From NCBI GenBank assembly GCA_963664115.2, contig CAXWPJ010000009.1, forward strand, positions 416,001-480,000: a stretch of 64,000 nucleotides of DNA, in the 5' to 3' direction. This DNA comes from Terriglobia bacterium. Its GTDB lineage: Bacteria > Acidobacteriota > Terriglobia > 20CM-2-55-15. The translations under genes and the position numbers were made by a program. The notes under the pieces were generated by a model. The model saw only the letters and a list, made by a program, of their open reading frames with translations, did not search any database and was not told where the DNA came from. Shown here piece after piece: positions 31,219 to 40,919 of the stretch. Each line of letters opens with the position of its first letter. Positions within the stretch are counted from its first letter, which is position 1.

Positions 31219-32583
31219 ATGCCCGATAAAGTCTATCCGGTTGATGACACCATCGTAGCGGTGTCGACTCCCCACGGGCGTGGCGGGATCGGCGTCATAC
31301 GCCTCTCGGGTCCGGACGCGCAGACTCTTGTCGAGAGGTCCTTTCGATCGAGCGAACCCTTTGAAGACCGGCGGGCGCGTTACGGGGTGTTCCACCCGGC
31401 GGGGGACGAGGCGCTCGACCGCGTCGTTGTAACATTCTTCAAAGCACCGCATTCCTACACTGGTGAAGACGTGGCGGAAATCAGCGCCCACGGTAACCCA
31501 TTGATATTAAATATGATTACTTCCGCGCTGGTCTCCGGCGGGGCCCGCCGGGCCGGGGCTGGGGAGTTCACCCTGCGGGCGCTGGCTCACGGCAAAATGG
31601 ATTTGGCCCAGGCCGAAGCTATTCGGGATTTCATTGATGCACAGACCCAAACCCAGGCGCGTGCCGCCATGCTTCAGATGGACGGGGCTCTGTCTAAGCG
31701 GATGCATCCGGAAAAGGAAGCGCTGGTCGGGGTGATCGCAGAGTTGGAAGCCGGTATCGATTTTGCTGAAGATGAGATCGAGCCGCCTGAACCGAAACGG
31801 GGCGCCGATCGAATTGCCACGATCGGCCGGAACCTGGCAGCGCTGGCTAACACGTTTCAGTACGGACGACTCCTGGGCAAAGGGCTGTGCCTTGCGATCG
31901 CGGGGAAGCCTAACGTTGGGAAGTCGAGCTTGTTTAATCGGCTGGTTTCGAACGACCGTGCGATCGTGACCGAATTTCCTGGTACAACGCGTGACGTCTT
32001 AACCGAGACCGTTGAAATCGGCGGAGTGCCCGTCCGGTTTGCAGATACCGCAGGCGTGAGGGACGTGCTCGATACTGTGGAAGCCCTCGGTGTGAGTCGT
32101 ACCCTGGCAACGGTTGCGGAGGCGGACCTGACCCTGGTGGTTCTCGACAGTTCCCGGCAGTTGGACGACGACGACCGTGCCGTCCTGGCAACGGTCGAGG
32201 ATAGGCCTCATCTGGTGGTCATCAACAAGGAGGATCTGCCGGCTCAATGGGAAGAATCCAACGGATGGAACGCGGTGCGGGTGAGCGCGTTGGCGGGCAC
32301 GGGGTTGGACCAACTGGAGCGGGAAATCACGGCATATATTAACGAAGGTCTGCCCAGCGATTCGGAGACTTTCGTCATTACGAACGAGCGGCAACAGGAA
32401 GCGTTGAAGGTCGCCGTCGATAAGCTGGAATGTGCGGCTGCTGCGTTGACGGAGCGTGTCCCTCATGAAATGGTCCTATTGGATCTCTACGCTGCGCTCT
32501 CCGCAGTCGGCGAACTGACCGGCGAAGTCGCCACCGACGATATACTGGATAGAATTTTTTCGACATTCTGTATCGGGAAATAG
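31219..32583 (+). CDS. mnmE: tRNA modification GTPase
   Basis: DTIVAVSTP, GKPNVGKSSL, DTAG, FSTFCIGK. Confidence 0.97.
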   Translation: MPDKVYPVDDTIVAVSTPHGRGGIGVIRLSGPDAQTLVERSFRSSEPFEDRRARYGVFHPAGDEALDRVVVTFFKAPHSYTGEDVAEISAHGNPLILNMITSALVSGGARRAGAGEFTLRALAHGKMDLAQAEAIRDFIDAQTQTQARAAMLQMDGALSKRMHPEKEALVGVIAELEAGIDFAEDEIEPPEPKRGADRIATIGRNLAALANTFQYGRLLGKGLCLAIAGKPNVGKSSLFNRLVSNDRAIVTEFPGTTRDVLTETVEIGGVPVRFADTAGVRDVLDTVEALGVSRTLATVAEADLTLVVLDSSRQLDDDDRAVLATVEDRPHLVVINKEDLPAQWEESNGWNAVRVSALAGTGLDQLEREITAYINEGLPSDSETFVITNERQQEALKVAVDKLECAAAALTERVPHEMVLLDLYAALSAVGELTGEVATDDILDRIFSTFCIGK

Positions 32584-34503
32584 ATGAACGAAACGTACGA
32601 CGTTGTCATTGTAGGAGCCGGGCACGCCGGCTGTGAGGCGGCACACGCCGCGGCACGGCTGGGCCTATCGACCGCGATTTACACGATGAACGCCGACCTG
32701 ATAGCGCAGATGTCCTGCAACCCCGCCGTGGGAGGCGTCGCCAAAGGACACCTGGTACGGGAAATTGATGCGATCGGCGGAGTCATGGGTGTCGTGGCGG
32801 ACCGGGCCGGAATCCAATTCCGTTTGCTAAACACGAGCCGCGGCCCCGCCGTCTGGTCGCCGCGGGCACAGGCCGACAAAGCGGCCTACCGTCAGGAAAT
32901 GCGGAGCGTTCTGGAAAAGCAGGAAAATCTTTACATCAAGCAGGCCGAAGTGACCGAGGTCTTGTTTGAAGGGACCCGCGCTTCCGGGATTGAGTTGATG
33001 GACGGTCGCCGCGTTGCGGCCCGAGCCATCGTATTGACGACCGGAACCTTCTTGAACGGGTTGATCCATATCGGGGAGAAACAATTCGCCGCAGGGCGCA
33101 ATGGAGAGGCCGCATCGACTGCCCTGGGCACCTCCGTGCGCAAGATGGGATTTGAGTGGGGGCGGCTTAAGACGGGTACGCCACCACGGCTCGACGGCCG
33201 GACAATCGATTTCAATCGTTTTGAGGCGCAGCCGGGAGACACAACACCGACGCCGTTTTCTTTCCGGACCGTTCGGCCGCTGGAAAACAAGATTTCCTGT
33301 TACCTCACGCGAACGAACGCCACGATTCACGAAATTATCCGCAAGAACATGAGCCGGTCGCCCCTCTACAGCGGACAGATACAGGGATTGGGGCCGCGCT
33401 ATTGCCCTTCGATTGAGGACAAGGTTGTTAAGTTTGCCGACCGAACCGAGCACCAGATTGTTCTTGAGCCTGAGGGCATCAATACGCACGAAGTCTATGT
33501 TAATGGCATGTCGACCAGCCTTCCGATTGATGTGCAGCAGGACATACTCGCGCACATGCCGGGCCTGGATTCAGCGACGATGATTCGTCCTGGCTATGCG
33601 ATTGAATACGACTTTGTGCAACCCACCGAGTTGGAGCTTTCACTGGAGTGCAAGCGCTATCCGAGTCTTTTCCTGGCCGGTCAGATCAACGGAACGACAG
33701 GTTACGAAGAAGCCGCCGCGCAGGGCGTGATCGCCGGCATCAATGCCGCGCGGCAGGTTCGCAGTGAAGACCCCTTGGTGCTCGGTCGTTCCGAGGCCTA
33801 CATCGGCATCATGATCGACGACCTGGTGACGAAGGGAACGAACGAGCCGTATCGGATGTTTACCTCGAGGGCAGAGTTCCGGCTGAATCTACGTATCGAC
33901 AACGCCGACCTGCGGCTCACCCCCGTGGGGCGGCAATGTGGACTCGTGGACGATCAACAATGGAAGCTCTTTGAAAGCCGCCGGGCTCGAATCGATGCGG
34001 TCAGTGTGAGGGTGGACGCGACACGGGTCGACCCGTCACATCCGTTCTTTGCTCGTCTGGGCATCGTGTTGCGAGAGAAAGCGACCGTGCACGACCTGCT
34101 TAAGAGACCGGAAATACGGCTGGAGGAACTGGCCGAAGCCGGCATCGTATCGACCGAGGGTCTGCGTCCCGAAGACGTCGTGTCGATAGAGACGGCAATC
34201 AAGTATGAAGGCTATCTGAAACAACAAGAGCGCCAGATCGAAAGATTGCGAAAAGCCGACGACCGAACACTGCCGGCAGACCTCGACTATGCTGCGATGC
34301 CCGGTCTTTCGGCGGAAGCCGTCGAAAAACTGAGCCGCATCAACCCCCAATCCATCGGCCAGGCGAGCCGAATACCGGGAATCACTCCTGCCGCTCTCTC
34401 CATTCTCCTTCTGCATCTGGAAATTCGACGGAACGGGAAAAAACCCGGAAAGACGTCAAGTAATTCATCAGAAATGAGTTATAGTCGCAAGCTGGGCCGC
34501 TAG
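32584..34503 (+). CDS. mnmG: tRNA uridine 5-carboxymethylaminomethyl modification enzyme
   Basis: [46 protein letters not shown]. Confidence 0.98.
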   Translation: MNETYDVVIVGAGHAGCEAAHAAARLGLSTAIYTMNADLIAQMSCNPAVGGVAKGHLVREIDAIGGVMGVVADRAGIQFRLLNTSRGPAVWSPRAQADKAAYRQEMRSVLEKQENLYIKQAEVTEVLFEGTRASGIELMDGRRVAARAIVLTTGTFLNGLIHIGEKQFAAGRNGEAASTALGTSVRKMGFEWGRLKTGTPPRLDGRTIDFNRFEAQPGDTTPTPFSFRTVRPLENKISCYLTRTNATIHEIIRKNMSRSPLYSGQIQGLGPRYCPSIEDKVVKFADRTEHQIVLEPEGINTHEVYVNGMSTSLPIDVQQDILAHMPGLDSATMIRPGYAIEYDFVQPTELELSLECKRYPSLFLAGQINGTTGYEEAAAQGVIAGINAARQVRSEDPLVLGRSEAYIGIMIDDLVTKGTNEPYRMFTSRAEFRLNLRIDNADLRLTPVGRQCGLVDDQQWKLFESRRARIDAVSVRVDATRVDPSHPFFARLGIVLREKATVHDLLKRPEIRLEELAEAGIVSTEGLRPEDVVSIETAIKYEGYLKQQERQIERLRKADDRTLPADLDYAAMPGLSAEAVEKLSRINPQSIGQASRIPGITPAALSILLLHLEIRRNGKKPGKTSSNSSEMSYSRKLGR

Positions 34504-35090
34504 TGTCCCAGCCAGAGACGCTTGAGGCGCAGCTGGCGGAGTTTTCGCTGCACCTGACAGACACCCAAATCACTTTACTTCTCCGCTATATCGCAGAACT
34601 CGAACGATGGAATCGAACGATCAACCTGACGGCTCTCAAGGACGTCGCTCTCATTCGTCGGTTGGTGGTTGAGCCTCTCTGGGTTCTGGAGCAGCTGTCG
34701 CCGAGCGGGCGCTACATCGACATCGGATCCGGAAACGGCTCTCCAGCGTTTCCCTGGCATATTCGAGGCGGTTTCGTTGCGGTTGACCTGGTCGAGGCGC
34801 GGATGCGTCGCGCGACGTTTCTTAGGCAGATCACGCGCCACCTTGGTCTCGAGAGCGTCACCGTGCATCGAGGGCGTTTCGAAGACCTGGCGGCGGAACT
34901 TCAACCGGCCCATTGGGTCACATTGCAAGGCGTAAAGCCGACCGCCGAATTGCTGGAGAAAATACGCACAAACGCCCCACAAAATACTACAGTCATTTGG
35001 TTTACAAGGGCCGTGCAAGCGCTCGTGTCGCCGGCCAGCGTTTTAGAGATACCTTTTTCCGACCGCCGCGCCCTGGTATTTCGCTTCTAA
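34503..35090 (+). CDS. rsmG: 16S rRNA m7G527 methyltransferase (divergent)
   Basis: WNRTINLTA, IDIGSGNGSP; position between mnmG and parA. Confidence 0.88.
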   Translation: MSQPETLEAQLAEFSLHLTDTQITLLLRYIAELERWNRTINLTALKDVALIRRLVVEPLWVLEQLSPSGRYIDIGSGNGSPAFPWHIRGGFVAVDLVEARMRRATFLRQITRHLGLESVTVHRGRFEDLAAELQPAHWVTLQGVKPTAELLEKIRTNAPQNTTVIWFTRAVQALVSPASVLEIPFSDRRALVFRF

Positions 35091-35227
35091 AAGCGGACCT
35101 CTTCTGGGTCTATTCAGAGAGACGATTCAAAGAGAATCCGGAATTTCTTCCTCCTGCGAGCCTTTTTCTGGGCTGAAGATCAATTCCGGAGGCCAATGAA
35201 GGCTGGTTCTGGGGGCGGTGAGCCAAC

Positions 35228-35243
35228 TGTTCCACGTGGAACA
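35228..35243. promoter_or_regulatory. parS site
   Basis: Perfect palindrome TGTTCCACGTGGAACA 32 nt upstream of parA. Confidence 0.95.
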
Positions 35244-35275
35244 ATTCACCGATCCTGTGGTACATTCCGCCAAAT

Positions 35276-36091
35276 ATGGGACGAATCATCGCCATCTCGA
35301 ACCAGAAGGGGGGCGTCGGTAAGACGACGACCGCCATCAATCTGGCCGCGTCTCTGGCTGCAGCTGAGATGCGTACGCTCCTTGTGGACATCGATTCTCA
35401 AGGAAACGCGACCTCCGGATTGGGGGTGCGCCGGGATTCATACGATAGCTCGACGTATCATTCGCTGGCGTTCGGTGAGCCGATATCATCCATCCTCCTG
35501 CCGACCGAGATGGAGTCGCTGTTTCTGGCACCCTCAGGCCGTGATCTGGTGGGTCTTACGCTGGAGCTGGCCCAGGTGGATGGGAGAGAACGCCGACTCC
35601 GCGAGTTGCTGCGCCCCATTGCCGATGACTACGACTTCATTCTGATCGATTGCCCGCCATCAATGGATCTTCTGACCGTCAACGCACTCGTCGCGGCCGA
35701 TAGCGTCCTGATCCCCATTCAGTGCGAGTATTTCGCGCTCGAGGGTATTTCTGAGCTGGTCGAAACGATCCGCCAGATCCGCCGTCAAAGAAACCCGGAC
35801 CTGGAAATAGAAGGGGTTCTGGTCACGATGTTCGATGAGCGGACCAATCTCGCGCAGCAAGTTCACGCAGACCTGGCATCATTCTTTGGCCCTCAATTGT
35901 TTACTACCAAAATTCCAAGAAACATCCGGCTTGGTGAAGCCCCAAGCCACGGTCAGCCCATCCTGCTCTACGACATCAAGTCTAAGGGTGCGGCGAGCTA
36001 TATTCGGCTGGCCAAGGAGGTCATTAATGCCCGCTCAGAGAAAAGCTTTAGGCCGGGGACTGAGCGCACTGCTCGGCACGCCGGATCTTGA
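35276..36091 (+). CDS. parA: Chromosome partitioning ATPase
   Basis: NQKGGVGKTTT, IDCPPS, QCEYFALEG, EAPSHG. Confidence 0.97.
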   Translation: MGRIIAISNQKGGVGKTTTAINLAASLAAAEMRTLLVDIDSQGNATSGLGVRRDSYDSSTYHSLAFGEPISSILLPTEMESLFLAPSGRDLVGLTLELAQVDGRERRLRELLRPIADDYDFILIDCPPSMDLLTVNALVAADSVLIPIQCEYFALEGISELVETIRQIRRQRNPDLEIEGVLVTMFDERTNLAQQVHADLASFFGPQLFTTKIPRNIRLGEAPSHGQPILLYDIKSKGAASYIRLAKEVINARSEKSFRPGTERTARHAGS

Positions 36092-36884
36092 GTCCGACCG
36101 CTTACGTGATATCGATGTCGAGCGGATTATACCGAACGCCGAGCAGCCGCGTAAATCATTTAATAGAAACGGTTTAGAGGATCTTGCGGGGTCTATTCGG
36201 ACCTACGGCGTCGTGCAGCCTATCGTTGTACGGTCGTTGCAGGATGGGGTCTTTCAGATCGTCGCTGGAGAGCGGCGGTGGCGCGCTGCCCAAATGGCCG
36301 GACTGACCCGGGTGCCGGCCCTGGTCCGAGAAACCCACGAGCACCAGGCCCTGGAATTGGCCTTGGTCGAAAACGTCCAGCGCGAAGATCTCAACCCGAT
36401 CGATGAGGCGCAGGCCTATCAACGACTCTTGTCGGAGTTCGGGCTGACTCAAGATGAATTAGCCGAACGTGTCGGTAAACGACGGGCGACCATAGCCAAT
36501 ATGTTGCGGTTGCTGAACCTGCCGGGCGAAGTGCAGCTGTGGCTGCAGGATGGAAAGCTGACGGTCGGTCACGCCAAAGCCCTGTTGTCGCTCACGGAGA
36601 CCGATGAGATTCTTCGCGCGGCGCAGGAAATAATCCGCGGCAATTATTCGGTTCGCCAGGCAGAAGCTTTGGTCGCACGTCCGGGCAAAGGTCGGGGCGT
36701 CAAGAGGAAGGCGGGCTCGGTAGTCGACCCCAACGTCCGGGCTGCCCTCACGGGCCTGGAACGCGCCCTGGGAACAAAGGTCACGATTCGAGAGTCGGGC
36801 AACAAAGGCAAGATCGAAATTCATTTTCATTCAAAAGAAGAGCGCGACAGGCTCTACAATGGACTGCTTCAAACACGCTTCTGA
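36027..36884 (+). CDS. parB: Chromosome partitioning protein
   Basis: ATG after AGGAGG (MPAQRKALGRGLSALL), GERRWRAA, ENVQREDLNPIDEA. Confidence 0.97.
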   Translation: MPAQRKALGRGLSALLGTPDLESDRLRDIDVERIIPNAEQPRKSFNRNGLEDLAGSIRTYGVVQPIVVRSLQDGVFQIVAGERRWRAAQMAGLTRVPALVRETHEHQALELALVENVQREDLNPIDEAQAYQRLLSEFGLTQDELAERVGKRRATIANMLRLLNLPGEVQLWLQDGKLTVGHAKALLSLTETDEILRAAQEIIRGNYSVRQAEALVARPGKGRGVKRKAGSVVDPNVRAALTGLERALGTKVTIRESGNKGKIEIHFHSKEERDRLYNGLLQTRF

Positions 36885-36903
36885 GGACGGATAGGGAGGT
36901 TCC

Positions 36904-37311
36904 ATGCGACAACGGGGAAAGGTTTCCTCTGAAGAGATCACTGGATTTCTGGATCGCGGTACGGCCGTGACCGGTGAGCTTCGGTTTTCGGGAACGATGA
37001 GAATCGAAGGCGATTTCCACGGTTCGATCGCGACCGATGATGTCCTGACCATTGGGGAGCATGCCGAAGTTCATGCCGATATTCATGCTGGAGAAGTCGA
37101 AGTTCACGGGCGGGTTTCAGGAAATATCGCGGCTGTCCGGCGGATCGATATTAGCTCGACTGGGCGTGTTCTGGCCGACATCCGGACCCCCGTGCTGGTA
37201 ATCGAAGACGGCGGTACGCTTGACGGCCGCAGCCGCATGAGTGGAGACCCTGGAGACAGCGAAGAGGTGGCAGGCCCCGCAACGTACGAAGGAGTGGATG
37301 AGGCTAACTGA
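36904..37311 (+). CDS. Bactofilin (polymer-forming cytoskeletal protein)
   Basis: GTAVTGELRFSGTMRIEGDFHGSI...VHGRVSGNI beta-helix repeats. Confidence 0.92.
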   Translation: MRQRGKVSSEEITGFLDRGTAVTGELRFSGTMRIEGDFHGSIATDDVLTIGEHAEVHADIHAGEVEVHGRVSGNIAAVRRIDISSTGRVLADIRTPVLVIEDGGTLDGRSRMSGDPGDSEEVAGPATYEGVDEAN

Positions 37312-38326
37312 CTTTGCAAAATGTGCAGGCTGAGCGGGCAAATTAAGTCCAGGGGACCTGGACCGCGCGCTAAAAGGCCTGCAGTTGCAGCGAATTCCCG
37401 AAATTCTTGTCGGTTTCGATCAGGCCGACGACGCCGGAGTATATCGACTCACCGACAAGCTCGCTCTAGTTCAGACCGTCGATTTCTTCTCGCCTATCGT
37501 TGACGACGCTTTCGCGTTTGGACAGATCGCTGCCGTGAACGCCTTGAGCGACATATACGCGATGGGTGGCACGCCACTGACGGCGCTATCCATTGTCGGC
37601 TTTCCGGAAGGCGTGGCCGGCCCCGGCGTGCTTCGGGAAATCATTGAGGGGGGTCTGGACAAACTTAATGAATGTGCGGTGGCCTTGCTGGGCGGCCATT
37701 CGGTGAAGGACGAGGAAATAAAGTTCGGATACGCGGTGACCGGAACAGTGGACCCTGCACGTATTCTACAGAACAGCGCCGCGCGCGTCGGGGATCGGGT
37801 GTTGCTTACGAAGCGCCTGGGGACGGGTCTGATCGCGACCGCATCAAAAAGAGACCAGGCAGAGGCCGCTCATGTCGAGCGTGCCGTCCGGTCGATGCTC
37901 GAAACCAACCGGAAGGCGGCTGAAATCGTTTCCGGTTTCGACGTTCGAGCGATGACCGACATCAGCGGTTTCGGGCTCATAGGCCATGCAGTCGAAGTGG
38001 CGCGTGCCAGCAATCTGACCATCGAGTTCGACCATAAGCGCTTGCCGATTCTTGATGGCGCACTGGACTACAGCGCGAAAGGTTATCGAGCGGGTGGCCT
38101 CAACAACAATCGCGACTTCTTTTCCCCTCACGTTAGCTGGAAAGGGACGATATCTGAAGACCATCAGGGCATCCTCTTCGACCCCCAGACCTCTGGAGGA
38201 CTCCTCATTTTTGTCTCTGAAACAAATTGTGCAGGCCTGATTGACGCGCTTGGAAGCGAGGATATCGTTGTGTGTGAAGTTGGCATCGCGCGGACCCTCG
38301 ATGACACCTGCATCCATATCTTCTGA
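37298..38326 (+). CDS. selD: Selenide, water dikinase (selenophosphate synthetase), selenoprotein form with UGA at codon 12
   Basis: MRLTDFAKCAG-UGA-AGKLSPGDL in frame with DDAGVY, QTVDFF, NALSDIYAMGG, TDISGFGLIGH, DPQTSGGLL; GGAG RBS before ATG 37298. Confidence 0.95.
37347..37363 (+). promoter_or_regulatory. Candidate bacterial SECIS hairpin in selD
   Basis: GTCCAGG-GGA-CCTGGAC stem-loop starting 13 nt after the UGA (37331-37333), G-rich apical loop. Confidence 0.7.
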
Positions 38327-38779
38327 CCCTTTTGTGGCCTGAGCTCGAGCCCGCCTGGTGCGGGAAAATCTTAAGATCAAAACGGGCCCCGTTTCGGGGA
38401 TCGGGCGTGTCAGTTTCTTGTCGCCGTTTCCTCTCTTGCCTCCAAGGTGCTCCTCTGCGAAATCGCCACGGGAAACCCAGAAATAACCGCCGATGCTTAG
38501 TTCCCGATTGTGTAGGACTGGCGTGTGCTGACCCTGTGTAGTTAGGTATCAGGATTGCCTGATACGGCACCATAAAGCGATCGAGTTTCCCTCAACGACA
38601 TGGTCGCCTCAATCACCCGCCAATACCCGCTAAACCGCTAATGTCTATAGACTTAAGGCTGAATAGAATTTTTTAGACTCCCCTCTATGTTGGGGAGATT
38701 TTTATCGGTGCCACAAGATATGGGCGTAAGGTAGACCTAATCTGTCTCTAACGGGGCGTAGGGTAATGGCGTTGAGTCG

Positions 38780-38856
38780 GCCCGGGTGCCGAAGTCTGGC
38801 CAAACGGCGCTCCCCAGCAAGGTTGCGAACCGTCGGTTCGAATCCGACCCCGGGCT
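38780..38856 (+). tRNA. Degenerate tRNA (pseudo-tRNA); anticodon ambiguous (AGC in 7-nt loop register, or GCA with U73, Cys-like)
   Basis: Acceptor GCCCGGG/CCCGGGC, D arm CCG..TGG..CGG, T arm GTCGG-TTCGAAT-CCGAC intact; anticodon stem mismatched, no U33. Confidence 0.7.
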
Positions 38857-38858
38857 CT

Positions 38859-38943
38859 GGAGAGGTAGCTTAAAGGTAAAGCAGCGGTTTTAGGAACCGT
38901 CCATCCATAGCCGGATATGTGGGTTCGAGTCCCGCCCTCTCCG
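38859..38943 (+). tRNA. Class II tRNA with anticodon TAG (Leu) but G73 and Ser-type acceptor stem; CCA not encoded
   Basis: GGAGAGG/CCTCTCC; D stem GCTT/AAGC; anticodon arm GCGGT-TTTAGGA-ACCGT; variable stem ATCC/GGAT; T arm GTGGG-TTCGAGT-CCCGC; discriminator G38943. Confidence 0.88.
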
Positions 38944-38994
38944 CTTCTAGCCTATACCCTATTGTCAAGCCGGGACAGCTCTGGTCCAAAAGCC

Positions 38995-39023
38995 GGTATT
39001 AATTCGGTAATAAAGGGGTATTA
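38995..39023 (+). repeat. Three GGTAWTA direct repeats at 11-bp period (putative operator)
   Basis: GGTATTA 38995, GGTAATA 39006, GGTATTA 39017, immediately upstream of the RHH-like gene start at 39041. Confidence 0.6.
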
Positions 39024-39130
39024 TTGTCCTTAATATCCCAATGCCTTCTAGCAAGAAAAAGACGGGCGGTCGCCCGGCGAACATCGTCCGGGCGGTGACG
39101 CTCACGATTTCAACGACCGCGATGAACGAG

Positions 39131-40515
39131 GAGTTATTGTCAAAAGTGGTGTTTAGGAGATTGATTCAAGCGGCGGCCTGATCGACTTGTGTCGCTTCGA
39201 CACCATCGTTGAATTTCACTCCGATGATTACCTTGCTCAGATCATCGAATCCTCGTAATCGTCGCCAATTGTTCTCAGCGCACTGGCCCAGTTTGAACAT
39301 CATGTGCAGCATGCCATCCCGTGTCAGGCAACCTCTGGATCGCTTCGTTCGGTGTCGAATGGTGGCAAAGGTCGACTCAATGGGATTCGTCGTTCTGATG
39401 CTCTGCCAGTGCTTGGCCGGAAAGTCGTAAAAGGCCAGCAGTTCCTCTCTGTCTTTCTGCAGGCAGAGTGTGGCTTTCGGATACTTCGGTTCATAGGTTT
39501 CAATGAACAAGTCGAATGCCTTCTCGGCGTCTGCCTTCGTCTCGGCCTGCCAGATCGAGTGCAGGGCCTGTTTCGCCTTCGCCTGGACCGACTTGGGCAG
39601 GCAGTTGAGGACGTTCATGACTTTGTGCATCCAGCAACGTTGTTGACGTGTCTCGGGATAGATTTCCTCCAGTGCGGCCCAGAACCCCATCGCACCGTCA
39701 CCGATGGCCAACTTCGGAACATTCATCCCACGGGACTTCAGCTTCAACAAGACCTCGCGCCAACTCTGTGTCGATTCCCGTACACCGTCTTCGATCGCCA
39801 GGAAACGCTTCTCTCCGCGTTCATTCACGCCGATCACGACCAATGCACACAACTTGGTTTGTTCCGCCCGAAGTCCGCTGTAGATGCCGTCGGCCCAGAC
39901 ATAGACCCAGCGATCTGCATCCAAACGCTCCTCGCATCCGAGGCGGTACTGTTCGCCCCAAACCTGTTTCAACCGCGATACCGTGCTCGCCGACAGACCC
40001 TGCGCCTGGGGACCGACAAGAACTTTTAGGGCCTCACCCATCTCGCCGCTGGAAACGCCTTTCAAATACAACCACGGCACCGCTGCTTCCAGCGACTTCG
40101 TCTTCCGAATGTACGGTGGTACCAGGGCCGATCGGAACGTCACAGCTTCGCCCGTCTTGGCACGGACCTTCGGGATTTGGACTGTTACCGGACCCAATCC
40201 CGTCTGCAGTTCGCGTTCCGGCAGATAACCGTTGCGTACCACCCCGGCGTTTCCTGTCTCAGTTCGCCGGCCACCGTGCTGGGATAGCAGCTCTGCCAAT
40301 TCGGCTTCCACTGCGCGTTGGATCAGTTGCTGTGCCCCAACTCGTAGTAGTTCTGTTACTGGATCCTCAATCGTTTCTCGACCTTCCGGTCCATTCACGT
40401 TACTCTTGCTCACAGTGGCGTATCTCCTATGGTTGCTTTGAAGTTTTGTCACAACAAATCAACCAGATACGCCGCTCTTATTCAATCCCTCAAACACCAG
40501 ATTCGGTTATAACTC
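39131..40515 (-). mobile_element. IS256-family insertion sequence, 1385 bp
   Basis: Imperfect terminal IRs GAGTTATTGTCAAAAGTGGTGTTT / GAGTTATAACCGAATCTGGTGTTT; 9-bp TSD ATGAACGAG at 39122-39130 and 40516-40524. Confidence 0.95.
39166..40452 (-). CDS. IS256-family transposase
   Basis: RNGYLPER, YVWADG, IGDGAMGFW, QRCWMHK, IRTTNPIES; uninterrupted. Confidence 0.96.
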   Translation of the reverse strand: MTKLQSNHRRYATVSKSNVNGPEGRETIEDPVTELLRVGAQQLIQRAVEAELAELLSQHGGRRTETGNAGVVRNGYLPERELQTGLGPVTVQIPKVRAKTGEAVTFRSALVPPYIRKTKSLEAAVPWLYLKGVSSGEMGEALKVLVGPQAQGLSASTVSRLKQVWGEQYRLGCEERLDADRWVYVWADGIYSGLRAEQTKLCALVVIGVNERGEKRFLAIEDGVRESTQSWREVLLKLKSRGMNVPKLAIGDGAMGFWAALEEIYPETRQQRCWMHKVMNVLNCLPKSVQAKAKQALHSIWQAETKADAEKAFDLFIETYEPKYPKATLCLQKDREELLAFYDFPAKHWQSIRTTNPIESTFATIRHRTKRSRGCLTRDGMLHMMFKLGQCAENNWRRLRGFDDLSKVIIGVKFNDGVEATQVDQAAA

Positions 40516-40919
40516 ATGAACGAGAAATATCTGCGGCAATTGGTTTTCAAAGGACAGAAGGGGAAGAACCTGAATGAAGCCGCTGAGCGAGTCATCGGCG
40601 ATCACATCGAGCATCTTCTGAGGTTGGGTGAACTAGCTCCAATGGAACAGTCCCCAGAAGACCTGGTGCCCACGGGCGAAGACGACTAGAAATTAAAAGT
40701 AAAAGTTAAATCTGTACCATTCTGACCTGTCGCGCCGCAATCAAGATTCACAATCCACTGGATAGTGTTAAGCTGCGATGCTAGTATTCTCCTTGTCATT
40801 AGTTCTGACCATTTTCGTCAAGCAACCTTAATTTGGATATTTCTAAAGGGTCCATTCCCATTGGACGATAAGCGGAATACAAGGGGAGAGTTTTATCCCT
40901 AATATCCGTCTAATATAAT

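Larger units (their letters stand above)
39041..40689 (+). pseudogene. 84-aa ribbon-helix-helix-like DNA-binding gene interrupted by IS256
   Basis: Removing the IS and one TSD copy joins 39041-39130 to 40525-40689 in frame: MPSSKKKTGGRPANIVRAVTLTISTTAMNE|KYLRQLVFKGQKGKNLNEAAERVIGDHIEHLLRLGEL...DD*. Confidence 0.8.

Noticed and set aside
37331-37333. selD as a nonsense pseudogene
   Set aside because: The TGA falls exactly at the catalytic Cys/Sec position, has a downstream hairpin, and the rest of the gene is intact.
38859-38943. tRNA-Sec (selC), suggested by proximity to selD, G73 and the long variable arm
   Set aside because: The anticodon is TAG, not TCA. The fold is 7/5 with a 4-bp D stem, not the 8/5 fold with extended D stem of bacterial tRNA-Sec.
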